Shown: positions 8,586 through 18,000, counted from the stretch's first letter. The stretch: 64,000 nucleotides of DNA from an uncultured Chloroflexia bacterium (GCA_963741915.1 CAVUJW010000013.1:203791-267790), one strand, 5' to 3'. Made by a program: numbers and translations. The notes: generated from the letters alone by a model not told the origin.

Positions 8586-11201
8586 ATGACCCCGCTCGAG
8601 ACCGTCGCGAATGCGCCCGACCAGCCGGACCATGCCCGGAGCGAGGCCGTGCTGCTCCGCCTCCGCCGTGTCCCGGCGGCGGCCCGGGTGGCGCTGTTCA
8701 GCGTGGCGCTCACGGCCCTGGCCTGGCTGCTGTTCGTCGGATACCTGGCGCACCAGCCTGCGCATCCCACCCCGGTCAGCGTCCCGTGGTACCTGATCGC
8801 GCTGGGCTTCCTCGTCGCGGAGCTCAAGGTGGTCGACGTGCAGTTCCGGCGCGAGAAGCACTCGTTCTCGCTGGGCGACGTGCCGGTCGTGCTCGGGTTC
8901 TTCCTGCTGACCCCGGGCGACTACTTCCTGGCCATGCTCTCGGGCACCGGCGCTGCGCTGCTGCTGGGCCGCCAGCCGTTGCTCAAGGTCGCCTTCAACC
9001 TGGCCGATTTCAGCTTCGTCTCGGCGGCGGCGATGACCGTGCTCTACGGCGTGCACGCCCCGCTCGGTGCGCCGGACGTCCCCGACTGGGCGGCCGCGTT
9101 CGCCGCCACGGGCGCGGCGGCGGTGCTCAGCGCGTTCTCGATCGCCGCCGTGATCTCCATGTCCGGCGGCGCGCCGCAGTTCCAGAAGCTGCCCGAGATG
9201 ATCCAGTTCGGCGGCCTGGTCGCCGTGGCCAACACCAGCTTCGCGCTGCTCGCGGTCTCGACGCTGTGGGTCGAGCCGAAGCTGCTGGCCCTGATGGTGG
9301 TGCCCCTGGTCGTGGTGTTCCTCGCCTACCGTGCCTACGCGTCCGAGCGCGAGAAGCACCAGCGCCTGGAGCTGCTCTACCAGTCGAGCCGGATCCTCCA
9401 GCACTCGCCCGAGCTGGATTCCGCCCTGGCGGCGCTGCTCGAGCACACGCGCGAGATGCTGCGTGCCGAGCGCGCGGAGGTCCTGCTGTGGCCGCGCGAC
9501 GGGGGTGAGGAGGGCCTGCTCACCTCGTCCCTGCCCGATGGGCCGTCGCTGACCATGGAGCCCGTCGCGATCGCCGGCGTGCACGAGCTGCACCGCAGGA
9601 TCGGCCGTGAGCGCCGCGCGTTCCAGTACGACGTGCCCCCGCGCGTCCACGACCCGATCCGGCACGCGATGGCCGTGCCGCTGCTCGGGGAGTCGGGCCT
9701 GATCGGCTCGATGATCGTCGCCAACCGGCTGACCGAGGGCACCACCTTTGGCCACGACGACCTGCGGCTGCTCGAGACGTTGGCCAACCAGGCGGCCGTC
9801 GCCCTCGAGAACGGGCAGCTGGAGCAGTCGCTCAGCGAGCTCTCGCGGCTCAAGGAGGAGCTCCGGTTCCAGGCGTACCACGATCCGCTCACGGGTCTCG
9901 CCAACCGGAGCCTGCTCACGGAGCGGGTCGATGCCGCGCTCGCGGTGGATCGGGGGCCGGAGCTCCCGGTGGTGCTGTTCATCGACCTCGACAACTTCAA
10001 GGACGTCAACGACACCCTCGGCCACGCGGCCGGCGACCGGTTGCTCACGGCGGTCGCGGAGCGGGTCCGGACCTGCATCCGCACCCAGGACCTGGCGGCC
10101 CGGCTGGGCGGCGACGAGTTCGCGATCCTGCTGCTCGACGATCCGCGCCTGGCCAGCGCGCTGTCGGTTGCCACGCGCGTGATCGAGGCCCTGGCCGTGA
10201 CGTTCCCGATCCAGGGCCACGAGCTCAAGGTCTCGGCCAGCATCGGGATCGCCGCCAGCCAGGGCGGGATCGAAGGCGCGGACGACCTGCTGCGCAACGC
10301 GGACGTGGCGATGTACACCGCGAAGCAGGCCGGCAAGAACCGGTTCTCCGTGTTCGAGCCGACCATGCACGCGGCGATCGTGGCGCGCCATGCGACCTCG
10401 ACCGAGCTGTCGCGCGGCATCTCGGGCGGCGAGATCGACGTCTTCTACCAGCCGCTGATCCGGCTGGCGTCCGGAGCCCCGTACGGCGCCGAGGCGCTCG
10501 CGCGCTGGCGTCATCCGGTCCGGGGGATCGTGGCGCCCGACGAGTTCATCCCGCTCGCGGAGGAGAGCGGGGCCATCCTGGAGCTCGGTCGCGCCGTCCT
10601 GTTCGAGGCATGCCGCGAGGCATCGACCTGGCGCTCGGCGGGCGGCCCGCTGGCGGTGACCGTCAACCTCTCGGCCGCCCAGCTCGGTCACGACGACTTC
10701 ATTCGCGACCTCGTCGACATCCTAAGGGCCACCGGGCTGCCACCGTCCCGGCTCGTGCTCGAGATGACCGAGACCGCGATGTTCCACGACACCCAGACGA
10801 CGATCGCGCGGCTGATCGCCCTGCGCGACCTGGGGGTGCGGGTCGCGATCGATGACTTCGGCACCGGCTACTCGTCGCTGGGCTACCTCCGACGGTTCCC
10901 GGTCGACATCCTCAAGATCGCCCGGGAGTTCGTGGCGGATGCCGACGCGGGGCAGGACGGCTGGGCGTTCGCGCACTCGATCATCGCCCTCGGCCGAACC
11001 CTCGGCCTGCAGATCGTGGCCGAAGGCATCGAGGCGCCGGGGCAGCTCGACCAGCTGCGCGAGATGGGCTGCGAGCTGGGACAGGGGTTCCTGTTCGCGC
11101 ATCCCATGCCCGGCGAGCAGATCGCGGCCCTGTTCGCGCCGCCGCCCCGCACTGCCGCCCGGGCCGCGCAGCGGTCGCTGCCCGCGGTGCGGCCGGGCTG
11201 A
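8586..11201 (+). CDS. membrane-anchored GAF-GGDEF-EAL protein (c-di-GMP synthase/phosphodiesterase)
   Basis: The ORF is open from 8469; the ATG at 8586 (MTPLETV...) is the likelier start. It has a multi-TM N-terminus and a GAF-like segment. The GGDEF domain has an intact GGDEF and an RxxD I-site (RTQD, 5 aa upstream). The EAL domain has EALARW, DDFGTGYSSL, EGIE and QGF. Confidence 0.85.
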   Translation: MTPLETVANAPDQPDHARSEAVLLRLRRVPAAARVALFSVALTALAWLLFVGYLAHQPAHPTPVSVPWYLIALGFLVAELKVVDVQFRREKHSFSLGDVPVVLGFFLLTPGDYFLAMLSGTGAALLLGRQPLLKVAFNLADFSFVSAAAMTVLYGVHAPLGAPDVPDWAAAFAATGAAAVLSAFSIAAVISMSGGAPQFQKLPEMIQFGGLVAVANTSFALLAVSTLWVEPKLLALMVVPLVVVFLAYRAYASEREKHQRLELLYQSSRILQHSPELDSALAALLEHTREMLRAERAEVLLWPRDGGEEGLLTSSLPDGPSLTMEPVAIAGVHELHRRIGRERRAFQYDVPPRVHDPIRHAMAVPLLGESGLIGSMIVANRLTEGTTFGHDDLRLLETLANQAAVALENGQLEQSLSELSRLKEELRFQAYHDPLTGLANRSLLTERVDAALAVDRGPELPVVLFIDLDNFKDVNDTLGHAAGDRLLTAVAERVRTCIRTQDLAARLGGDEFAILLLDDPRLASALSVATRVIEALAVTFPIQGHELKVSASIGIAASQGGIEGADDLLRNADVAMYTAKQAGKNRFSVFEPTMHAAIVARHATSTELSRGISGGEIDVFYQPLIRLASGAPYGAEALARWRHPVRGIVAPDEFIPLAEESGAILELGRAVLFEACREASTWRSAGGPLAVTVNLSAAQLGHDDFIRDLVDILRATGLPPSRLVLEMTETAMFHDTQTTIARLIALRDLGVRVAIDDFGTGYSSLGYLRRFPVDILKIAREFVADADAGQDGWAFAHSIIALGRTLGLQIVAEGIEAPGQLDQLREMGCELGQGFLFAHPMPGEQIAALFAPPPRTAARAAQRSLPAVRPG

Positions 11202-11746
11202 TGTTCATCCTGTACGCCGTCGCAGTCGGGCTGCTCGCCGGGTTCCTCGCGGGTGGCGGGATCAGCGGTCTGGCCAGGCTGCGCATCCGGTGGGCGCCGG
11301 TGATCGTCCTCGGGCTGGTCAGCCAGGTGATCCTGTTCAGCGGCCCGGTCGCCGAGCGGGTTGGATCCCTCGGCCCGCCGCTGTACGTCGGCTCCACCCT
11401 GCTGGTCCTCGCTGCGGTCATCCGCAACCGTGCCATTCCCGGCATCCCGGTGGTGATCGCCGGCGCCGTGTGCAATCTCGCCGCGGTCGTCGGCAACGGC
11501 GGGTACATGCCGGCGTCGGCGGCGGCGCTCGAGGCCTCGGGCAAGACCGCGCCGGTCGTCTACTCCAACAGCTTGCTGGCGAGCGATCCGGCGCTGTGGC
11601 CGCTGACCGACATCTTCGCGCTGCCGGCGTGGATGCCGCTCGCGAACGTGTTCAGCGTGGGCGACGTGCTGATCGGGATCGGGATCGCGCTGATCGCGGT
11701 GCTCGCGATGCGCGGGTCGGCCGCCGCCCCCGAGGTCGCCGGCTGA
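11201..11746 (+). CDS. DUF5317-like small membrane protein
   Basis: 181 aa with ~5 TM segments and the motif NLAAVVGNGGYMPAS, resembling the NGGxMP signature of DUF5317. Its ATG overlaps the stop of the GGDEF-EAL gene (TGATG), implying co-translation. Confidence 0.6.
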   Translation: MFILYAVAVGLLAGFLAGGGISGLARLRIRWAPVIVLGLVSQVILFSGPVAERVGSLGPPLYVGSTLLVLAAVIRNRAIPGIPVVIAGAVCNLAAVVGNGGYMPASAAALEASGKTAPVVYSNSLLASDPALWPLTDIFALPAWMPLANVFSVGDVLIGIGIALIAVLAMRGSAAAPEVAG

Positions 11747-11881
11747 TCGTCGCCAGCGACCGGTGCTGGCCCGCACTGGCCCGCACCGGCCCGAACCGGG
11801 ACGTCCGGGGCAGGACCTATGGGCCATTGGTAAGGGGGGGCGCGGCGATTAGGGTCTGGCTCGAGGGATCAACCCTCCACC

Positions 11882-11986
11882 GGGACAACCGTCCAGGGCA
11901 AACCCGTCGTGAGGCGGGGACGCAAAGCCAGGGATCTTCGTTGGAAGGCCGCCCGGCTGCCGGAGTCCAGGGGTATCGAGTTCCCA
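11882..11986 (+). promoter_or_regulatory. c-di-GMP-I (GEMM-I) riboswitch aptamer, copy 1
   Basis: CAGGGCAAACCCGUCGUGAGGCGGGGACGCAAAGCCAGGG...CCGGAGUCCAGGGGUAUCGAG aligns with the V. cholerae Vc2 core CAGGGCAAACCAUUCGAAAGAGUGGGACGCAAAGCCUCCGG...GGUAGCGGGGUUACCGA. P2 is CCCGUC/GGCGGG closed by a GNRA loop (GUGA). P1 is GGGA (11882-85) with UCCC (11982-85). Confidence 0.8.
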
Positions 11987-12003
11987 GCAAGGGAGTCAGC
12001 ATC

Positions 12004-12090
12004 GTGAAGGCGAACCTGGCGCGCTTCACCTGGGCCGTCGCGCTGCTCGCGTCGATGGCCCTCACCACCGGCGCATGGATGCGCTGGTAG
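12004..12090 (+). CDS. 28-aa hydrophobic micro-ORF downstream of riboswitch 1
   Basis: GTG at 12004, 8 nt after the SD-like GGGAG (11991-95): MKANLARFTWAVALLASMALTTGAWMRW*. It resembles a signal peptide or single TM segment. No convincing coding continues after the TAG in any frame. Confidence 0.35.
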   Translation: MKANLARFTWAVALLASMALTTGAWMRW

Positions 12091-12226
12091 CGCCCGTGTG
12101 CACCGCCGGCGTGGCCTCGGCCCGTCGCGGGCAGGCGGCCGCTGCATCGTCGGATGGGCCCGGTCCCGGCATCGAGTCCTGGCACCGCTGGTAGGTCCTG
12201 ACCGCTCGGGATCCCAAATGAGCGAC

Positions 12227-12252
12227 GAGACCGCCGGAGGCCCGGTGGTCTC
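12227..12252 (+). terminator. candidate stem-loop terminator after the micro-ORF
   Basis: GAGACCGCCGG-AGGC-CCGGUGGUCUC (11-bp stem with one G-U pair), followed by the moderately U-rich GUCGCGUUCGGUUGUCCGGUUCGUUCG. Confidence 0.3.
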
Positions 12253-12315
12253 GTCGCGTTCGGTTGTCCGGTTCGTTCGCGGCGGGCACCGGCCGGAACG
12301 ATGCGGTGGGGGTGG

Positions 12316-12345
12316 TTGCGCCCTCGCGGGATGTACGGCTAGACT
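12316..12345 (+). promoter_or_regulatory. candidate promoter for the ilvB leader (TTGCGC - 18 nt - TAGACT)
   Basis: TTGCGC at 12316-21 and TAGACT at 12340-45, 24 nt upstream of the ATG at 12370. This is pattern match only. Confidence 0.25.
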
Positions 12346-12369
12346 GCGCAAACCCGCCGCCGGCGGGGC

Positions 12370-12603
12370 ATGGGAGTCAGTCGCTTGGGCTTCTTCTCGG
12401 ATCGCCAGCGCAGCAAGGTCGCCGTCGTCGTGACGGCCGACGGTCGCCGCGTGAGCGTTCCGCTGCGCGACCTCCAGCCCCGTGACGGATCCCTGCTCGG
12501 CCTCCTTCACTCGCTGCTTGCCGGTCTCGAGGACCTTCTCGGGCTCCTCATTACCGGCTCCCGGCGGGAGAACCGAGGAACGCGGAGGGATGAGCGCCGC
12601 TGA
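12370..12603 (+). CDS. 77-aa Leu/Val-rich leader-type ORF upstream of ilvB
   Basis: MGVSRLGFFSDRQRSKVAVVVTADGRRVSVPLRDLQPRDGSLLGLLHSLLAGLEDLLGLLITGSRRENRGTRRDERR, GC3 ~80%. It has 11 Leu within 21 residues plus a VAVVV run. The stop lies 25 nt before a terminator-like hairpin. The antisense frame also has high GC3, so coding status is uncertain. Confidence 0.3.
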   Translation: MGVSRLGFFSDRQRSKVAVVVTADGRRVSVPLRDLQPRDGSLLGLLHSLLAGLEDLLGLLITGSRRENRGTRRDERR

Positions 12604-12628
12604 GGCGCCGGCCACCGAACACCGAAGG

Positions 12629-12656
12629 GACCCTCGCCGGGAGGCGGGGGTCTTTG
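12629..12656 (+). terminator. intrinsic-terminator-like hairpin (candidate ilvBNC attenuator)
   Basis: GACCCUCGCC-GGGA-GGCGGGGGUC followed by UUUG. It is a 10-bp GC stem with one G-U pair, and lies between the leader ORF stop (12603) and the ilvB start region. Confidence 0.45.
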
Positions 12657-12701
12657 CATGTCCGGGCGGTCGCGGGCTGTCGGGACGGAGGGACCACGCG
12701 A

Positions 12702-14633
12702 ATGACGATGACCAGGGGTGAGCCACCCGCCGGTCGGGCCACGCCGGCGCCCGGTACGCCCACCGGCGGCTCCGGCGGCACCGGCGGCACCGGCCGCGCC
12801 ACGCCGGCCGCGCCCGCCCGCCGCAGCCACGTGCCGGGCGAAGGGTCGGCGACCGCGGCCGCGGTCGAGCAGGCACGACGGGACATGCTCCACGAGGTGC
12901 GGCCGCGCAAGCGCACCCGGATCGGCGCCGACGCGCTGATGGAGGCGCTCATCCGCCAGGGCGCCGACACGCTGTTCAGCTACCCGGGCGGGGTCATCCT
13001 CCCGATCTACGACATCCTGGGCGACTACCCGGAGATCCGGCACGTGCTGGTCCGGCACGAGCAGGGCGGCGGTCACGCGGCCGACGGGTATGCCCGCGCC
13101 AGCGGCAAGGTCGGCGTGTGCATGGGCACCAGCGGGCCGGGTGCGACCAACCTGGTGACGGCGCTGGCGACCGCCCAGCTCGACTCGATCCCGGTCGTCG
13201 CGATCACGGGCAACGTGCCCACGGCGCTGCTCGGCAAGGACGCGTTCCAGGAGATCGACATCACCGGCATCACCCTGCCCATGACCAAGCACAACTATCT
13301 CGTCCGCGATGCCGACGACATCCCGCGGGTCGTCGCCGAGGCGTTCTACCTCGCCAGCCACGGTCGTCCCGGCCCGGTCCACATCGACATCACCAAGGAC
13401 GCCCTGCAGCAGGAGACCCGGGTCGAGCATCCCTCCCTCGACCAGATCGTCGCCGGCCTGCCGGGCTTCCGACCCACGCTGGCAGGGCATCCCCGGCAGC
13501 TGAAGCTCGCCGCCAGGGAGATCAGCGAGGCGAAGCGCCCCCTGATCCTGGCCGGCCACGGGATCCTGATCGCCGAGGCGTGGGACGAGCTTCGGGCGTT
13601 CGCCGAGAAGGCGCGGATCCCCGTGGCCTGGACGCTGCTGGGCATCGGCGCGATCGACGAGCAGCACCCGCTGGCCTACGGCTACATGGGGATGCACGGC
13701 TGGAAGCACGTGAACCGCGCGATCCAGTCGGCCGACCTGCTGATCGCGATCGGCATGCGCTTCGACGACCGGGTCACGGGCAGCGTTCGGACGTACGCTC
13801 CGTACGCCCGGATCATCCACGCCGACATCGACCCGGCGGAGATCGGCAAGAACGTCGCCGTCGAGGTGCCGATCGTGGGCGACGCGAAGCACGTGCTCGC
13901 CGGCCTGACCCGTCTGGTCCCCGCGGTGGAGCCGGCAGCCCGGGCGGAGTACCTCGAGCAGCTGGCCGAGTGGCGCGCGGAGTCCGAGGGCTCGTCGTGG
14001 CACGGGTCCGGCGCGTGGCGCGATGGCCTGCTGTCGGCCGACTTCGTGATCACCCGGATCGGCGAGCTCACCGACCACGTGGCGACCTACGTCGCGGACG
14101 TCGGCCAGAACCAGATGTGGCTCGCCCGGTACGCGCGGTTCCGGCGGCCGCACAGCCACATCAGCTCGGGCGGCCTGGGGACCATGGGCTTCGCGGTCCC
14201 GGCGGCCATGGGGGCAGCTCTCGGCAACCCCGACGCCGAGACATGGGCGATCTGCGGCGACGGCGGGTTCCAGATGACGAGCCAGGAGCTGATGACGCTC
14301 GCCGCAGACCGGATCCCGGTCAAGATCGCGCTGCTCGACAACAAGAAGCTGGGGATGATCCGCCAGTGGCAGGAGATCATCTACGCGGGCAACTACCATT
14401 CCTCGCACCTGCCGGGCCCGGACTTCGTCAAGCTGGCCGACGCCTACGGCATCCCGGCCTTCCGGGCAACCTCGACCGACGATGTCGACCGGACCATCCG
14501 CGCGGCCCAGGCGGTCGACGGCCCGGCGCTCATCTGGTTCGAGATCGCCGAGGACCAGAACGTGTTCCCGATGATGCCGGCGGGCAAGGGCCTGTCCGAC
14601 CTGATCGAGACCTGGGGGGCGCCGGAGGAATGA
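12702..14633 (+). CDS. ilvB: acetolactate synthase (acetohydroxyacid synthase) large subunit
   Basis: The ORF is open from TTG 12654. The ATG at 12702 has GGAGGGA about 8 nt upstream; an alternative ATG lies at 12885. The conserved core runs from ...GADALMEALIRQGADTLFSYPGG..., with the ThDP motif GLGTMGFAVPAAMGA...GDGGFQM. ilvN follows with an ATGA overlap. Confidence 0.9.
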   Translation: MTMTRGEPPAGRATPAPGTPTGGSGGTGGTGRATPAAPARRSHVPGEGSATAAAVEQARRDMLHEVRPRKRTRIGADALMEALIRQGADTLFSYPGGVILPIYDILGDYPEIRHVLVRHEQGGGHAADGYARASGKVGVCMGTSGPGATNLVTALATAQLDSIPVVAITGNVPTALLGKDAFQEIDITGITLPMTKHNYLVRDADDIPRVVAEAFYLASHGRPGPVHIDITKDALQQETRVEHPSLDQIVAGLPGFRPTLAGHPRQLKLAAREISEAKRPLILAGHGILIAEAWDELRAFAEKARIPVAWTLLGIGAIDEQHPLAYGYMGMHGWKHVNRAIQSADLLIAIGMRFDDRVTGSVRTYAPYARIIHADIDPAEIGKNVAVEVPIVGDAKHVLAGLTRLVPAVEPAARAEYLEQLAEWRAESEGSSWHGSGAWRDGLLSADFVITRIGELTDHVATYVADVGQNQMWLARYARFRRPHSHISSGGLGTMGFAVPAAMGAALGNPDAETWAICGDGGFQMTSQELMTLAADRIPVKIALLDNKKLGMIRQWQEIIYAGNYHSSHLPGPDFVKLADAYGIPAFRATSTDDVDRTIRAAQAVDGPALIWFEIAEDQNVFPMMPAGKGLSDLIETWGAPEE

Positions 14634-15304
14634 CGACGAGGCACGACCCGGGCGACCCGCACCCGCAGCCTGCCCATGCCAGCCCGCCCACCCGGGCGCT
14701 CCCGGGCTCGGGCGAGACCCGCCGGCACCTCCTGGTGGTCCTGGTCATGGACCGTCCGGGGGTCCTCAACCGGGTGGCGAGCCTGATGCGGGCGCGCAAC
14801 TTCAACATCGATTCCCTCGCGGTGTCCCGTACCGACAAGCCGCACATCAGCCGGATGACGCTGACGCTGCACGGTGACGACGTCGCCGTCGAGCAGGCGG
14901 CCAAGCAGCTGTACCGCCTCGTGGACGTGCTCAAGGTCCAGGACGTCACCGCCGACCAGGTCGTGGAGCACGAGCTGGCGTTCGTGAAGGTCCGGGTAAC
15001 CGACGCCAACCGGGCCGAGGTGATCAAGATCGTCGAGCTCTACAAGGGCCGGATCATGGATGTCGCCCCGGAGTCGGTGATCGTCGAGGCCACGGGCACC
15101 GAGGGCGAGATCGACGCGCTGGTCGCGCTCCTGCGCGGCTACGGCATCCGCGAGCTGGTCCGTACCGGCGCGGTCGTGATGCTCCGCGGGCCGGGCTCGA
15201 TCGAGACCTCCGGCCGGGGGATGGCCGGAGCGGCGCCGGGGCCGGAGGGCGAGCAGATGGGCGAGGCCGAGGGTGCCGGTTCGCCGGCCGAAGGAGAGGC
15301 ATAG
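14630..15304 (+). CDS. ilvN: acetolactate synthase small (regulatory) subunit
   Basis: The ATG at 14630 overlaps the ilvB stop. ACT-domain sequence: RHLLVVLVMDRPGVLNRVASLMRARNFNIDSLAVSRTDKPHISRMTLTL...VDVLKVQDV. Confidence 0.9.
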   Translation: MTTRHDPGDPHPQPAHASPPTRALPGSGETRRHLLVVLVMDRPGVLNRVASLMRARNFNIDSLAVSRTDKPHISRMTLTLHGDDVAVEQAAKQLYRLVDVLKVQDVTADQVVEHELAFVKVRVTDANRAEVIKIVELYKGRIMDVAPESVIVEATGTEGEIDALVALLRGYGIRELVRTGAVVMLRGPGSIETSGRGMAGAAPGPEGEQMGEAEGAGSPAEGEA

Positions 15305-16360
15305 ATGACGGCGAAGATGTACTACGACGCCGACGCGGACGCGTCGGCGCTGGACGGGCAGACCGTCGCCGTCATCGGCTACGGCAGCCAGGGCCACGCC
15401 CACGCGCTCAACCTGCGCGACAGCGGGGTGGACGTGGTGGTGGGCCTGGCCCCGGGCTCGAAGAGCCGGGCCCTGGCGGAAGCCGCCGGGTTCCGCGTCC
15501 TCGACGTGGCCGACGCCGTGCGCGCCGCCGACGTGGTCATGATCGCGGTGCCCGACACGATCCAGAAGTCGGTATACGACGCCGAGATCGCGCCCAACCT
15601 GCGGCCGGGGGTGCTGCTGATGTTCGCCCACGGCTTCAACATACGGTTCGGGCGCATCCAGCCGCCGCCCACCATCGACGTGGGCATGGTCGCGCCCAAG
15701 GGTCCCGGCCACCTGCTGCGCAGCGTGTACGAGCAGGGCGGTGGGGTGCCGTCGCTGTTCGCGGTCGAGCAGGATCCGTCGGGCACGGCCCGGGCGCGGG
15801 TGCTCGCCTACGCGCGGGGCATCGGGTCGACCCGCGCCGGCGTCCTCGAGACGACGTTCAAGGAGGAGACGGAAACCGACCTGTTCGGCGAGCAGGCGCT
15901 CCTGTGCGGCGGCGTGTCGGCGCTGGTCAAGGCGGCGTTCGAGACCCTGGTCGAGGCCGGCTACCAGCCGGAGCTCGCGTACTTCGAAACCATGCACGAG
16001 CTCAAGCTGATCGTGGACCTGATGTACCGGGGCGGCCTCAACTTCATGCGGTTCAGCGTCAGCGACACCGCGGAGTTCGGGGACTACGTGTCCGGCCCGC
16101 GGGTCACCGAGGGCGCGAAGGCGGCCATGAAGGACGTGCTGTCGGACATCCAGAGCGGCGCCTTCGCGACCCGCTGGATCGCGGTCCAGGAGGCTGGCGG
16201 CGAGGAGTTCCGGCGCTTGCGCGAGCAGGACCGCAACCACCAGATCGAGCAGGTGGGCGCCGACCTGCGCGCCAGGATGCCATTCCTCAAGCCGGTGGTC
16301 GTGGACGCCGGCCAGGCGCAGGCGGTCGCCAGCAGCCATCCCGGGGAGGGATCCCGATGA
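15305..16360 (+). CDS. ilvC: ketol-acid reductoisomerase
   Basis: 351 aa, [44 protein letters not shown]...[10 protein letters not shown]. Confidence 0.95.
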   Translation: MTAKMYYDADADASALDGQTVAVIGYGSQGHAHALNLRDSGVDVVVGLAPGSKSRALAEAAGFRVLDVADAVRAADVVMIAVPDTIQKSVYDAEIAPNLRPGVLLMFAHGFNIRFGRIQPPPTIDVGMVAPKGPGHLLRSVYEQGGGVPSLFAVEQDPSGTARARVLAYARGIGSTRAGVLETTFKEETETDLFGEQALLCGGVSALVKAAFETLVEAGYQPELAYFETMHELKLIVDLMYRGGLNFMRFSVSDTAEFGDYVSGPRVTEGAKAAMKDVLSDIQSGAFATRWIAVQEAGGEEFRRLREQDRNHQIEQVGADLRARMPFLKPVVVDAGQAQAVASSHPGEGSR

Positions 16361-18000
16361 CGTTCGATGCCACGCACCCCCGGTTCGGCGGTGGCGTCGC
16401 CGCCGGGGCGGTCCGGATCTTCGACACCACCCTGCGCGACGGCGAGCAGGCACCCGGCGCCGGGCTGACGGCGGCCGAGAAGCTGGAGGTCGCACGCCAG
16501 CTCGCCCGCCTCCACGTCGACGTGATCGAGGCGGGCTTTCCGGCCGCTTCCCCCGGGGACTTCGAAGCCGTGCGCCGGATCGCGCAGGAGACCAAGGGCG
16601 GGATCGCGGTCGCCGCGCTGGCCCGATGCCGGGACGGCGATCCGCAGCGGGCGGTGGAGGCGATCGGGATCGCGGAGCGGCCGCACCTCCACCTGTTCAT
16701 CGCGACCAGCGACATCCACCTCAAGCACAAGCTCCGGATCTCGCGCGAGCAGGCGCTGGCCGACGCCCGCCACTGGGTGACGTGGGCCCGCGAGACGCTG
16801 GGCCGCGATGCCGAGATCGAGTTCTCGGCGGAGGACGCCTCGCGCACGGAGGAGTCGTTCCTGCTCGAGGTGTACCAGGCGGTCGTGGAGGCGGGCGCGT
16901 CCACGGTCAACATCCCGGATACCGTGGGCTACGCCATCCCGGCCGAGTTCGGGCGACTGGTCGCCTCGGTCGTCGACCTCGTCGGCCGCGACGCGACCGT
17001 CAGCGTCCACTGCCACAACGACCTGGGGTTGGCCACGGCCAACACGCTGGCTGCCGTGCAGGCCGGGGCTCGCCAGGTGGAGGTCACCATCAACGGGCTC
17101 GGCGAGCGCGCCGGCAACGCCTCCCTGGAGGAGGTCGTGATGGCGCTGCGGACGCGGCCGACGCAGTTCCCGGATCTCGCAGCGGGCGTCCAGACCGAGC
17201 AGATCACCCCGGCGTCGCGGCTGGTCTCGTACCTCACCGGGTTCGCGATCCAGCCCAACAAGGCGATCGTGGGCGCCAACGCGTTCGCCCACGAGTCGGG
17301 GATCCACCAGGACGGGTTCCTCAAGAACCCGCTCACGTACGAGATCATGACGCCCCAGTCCGTGGGCCTCGGCGGCAGCACCCTGTCGATCGGGAAGCTG
17401 TCCGGCCGACGCGGCCTCCAGGGCAAGCTGCGGGAGCTGGGGCACGAGGTCGACGGCGAGGCCCTCGACGCGGTCTACCGAGCGGCGATCGCGCTGGCCG
17501 ACGCCAAGAAGGACGTCACCGACGCCGACCTGCTGGCCCTGCTCGAGCAGCGCGCGGCCGACGTGCCGCGCTCGATCGAGCTGCTGGGCTGGAACATCAG
17601 CTCCTCCAGCGGTGGTCACTCGGTGGGCAGCGTGTCGCTGGTGGTCGCCGGCGAGCCGAAGGCAGCCAACGCCACCGGCAATGGGCCCGTCAACGCGCTG
17701 TTCGCCGCGGTCGACGAGGCCGTCCGGCCCGTCCTTGGCTGGCACCCGGTGCTGTCCGAGTACGAGATCAAGGCGGTGTCCGCCGGGGAGGATGCGCAGG
17801 GCCAGGTGCTGGTCCGCTGCCGCCGCTCGTCGGACGAGGGCCCGGGAGCGCTCGTGGTCACCGGCCATGGCCTGTCGACCAACATCATCGAGGCGTCGCT
17901 CGAGGCCTACCTCGTGGCCGCCAACAAGCTGCACGGCGCCGAGATCAACGGGATCGAGGTGGCGTTCGTCGGGCGGCGCGCCGCGGAGGAGCTCCCGTGA
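16357..18000 (+). CDS. leuA: 2-isopropylmalate synthase
   Basis: The ATG at 16357 overlaps the ilvC stop (ATGA). Sequence: [46 protein letters not shown]...[17 protein letters not shown], plus a C-terminal LeuA_dimer domain ([13 protein letters not shown]...[13 protein letters not shown]). Confidence 0.9.
   Translation: MTFDATHPRFGGGVAAGAVRIFDTTLRDGEQAPGAGLTAAEKLEVARQLARLHVDVIEAGFPAASPGDFEAVRRIAQETKGGIAVAALARCRDGDPQRAVEAIGIAERPHLHLFIATSDIHLKHKLRISREQALADARHWVTWARETLGRDAEIEFSAEDASRTEESFLLEVYQAVVEAGASTVNIPDTVGYAIPAEFGRLVASVVDLVGRDATVSVHCHNDLGLATANTLAAVQAGARQVEVTINGLGERAGNASLEEVVMALRTRPTQFPDLAAGVQTEQITPASRLVSYLTGFAIQPNKAIVGANAFAHESGIHQDGFLKNPLTYEIMTPQSVGLGGSTLSIGKLSGRRGLQGKLRELGHEVDGEALDAVYRAAIALADAKKDVTDADLLALLEQRAADVPRSIELLGWNISSSSGGHSVGSVSLVVAGEPKAANATGNGPVNALFAAVDEAVRPVLGWHPVLSEYEIKAVSAGEDAQGQVLVRCRRSSDEGPGALVVTGHGLSTNIIEASLEAYLVAANKLHGAEINGIEVAFVGRRAAEELP

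Noticed and set aside
8340-10691. 783-aa minus ORF and other ORFs (9377..10420, 10883..11827) opposite the GGDEF-EAL/DUF5317 genes
   Set aside because: They are antisense to a protein with intact GAF, GGDEF and EAL motifs, and their composition is low-complexity.
12098-12433. 111-aa ORF in the riboswitch-to-ilvB spacer
   Set aside because: It is Arg/Gly-rich with no start context. It overlaps the candidate terminator hairpin and promoter, and does not look protein-like.
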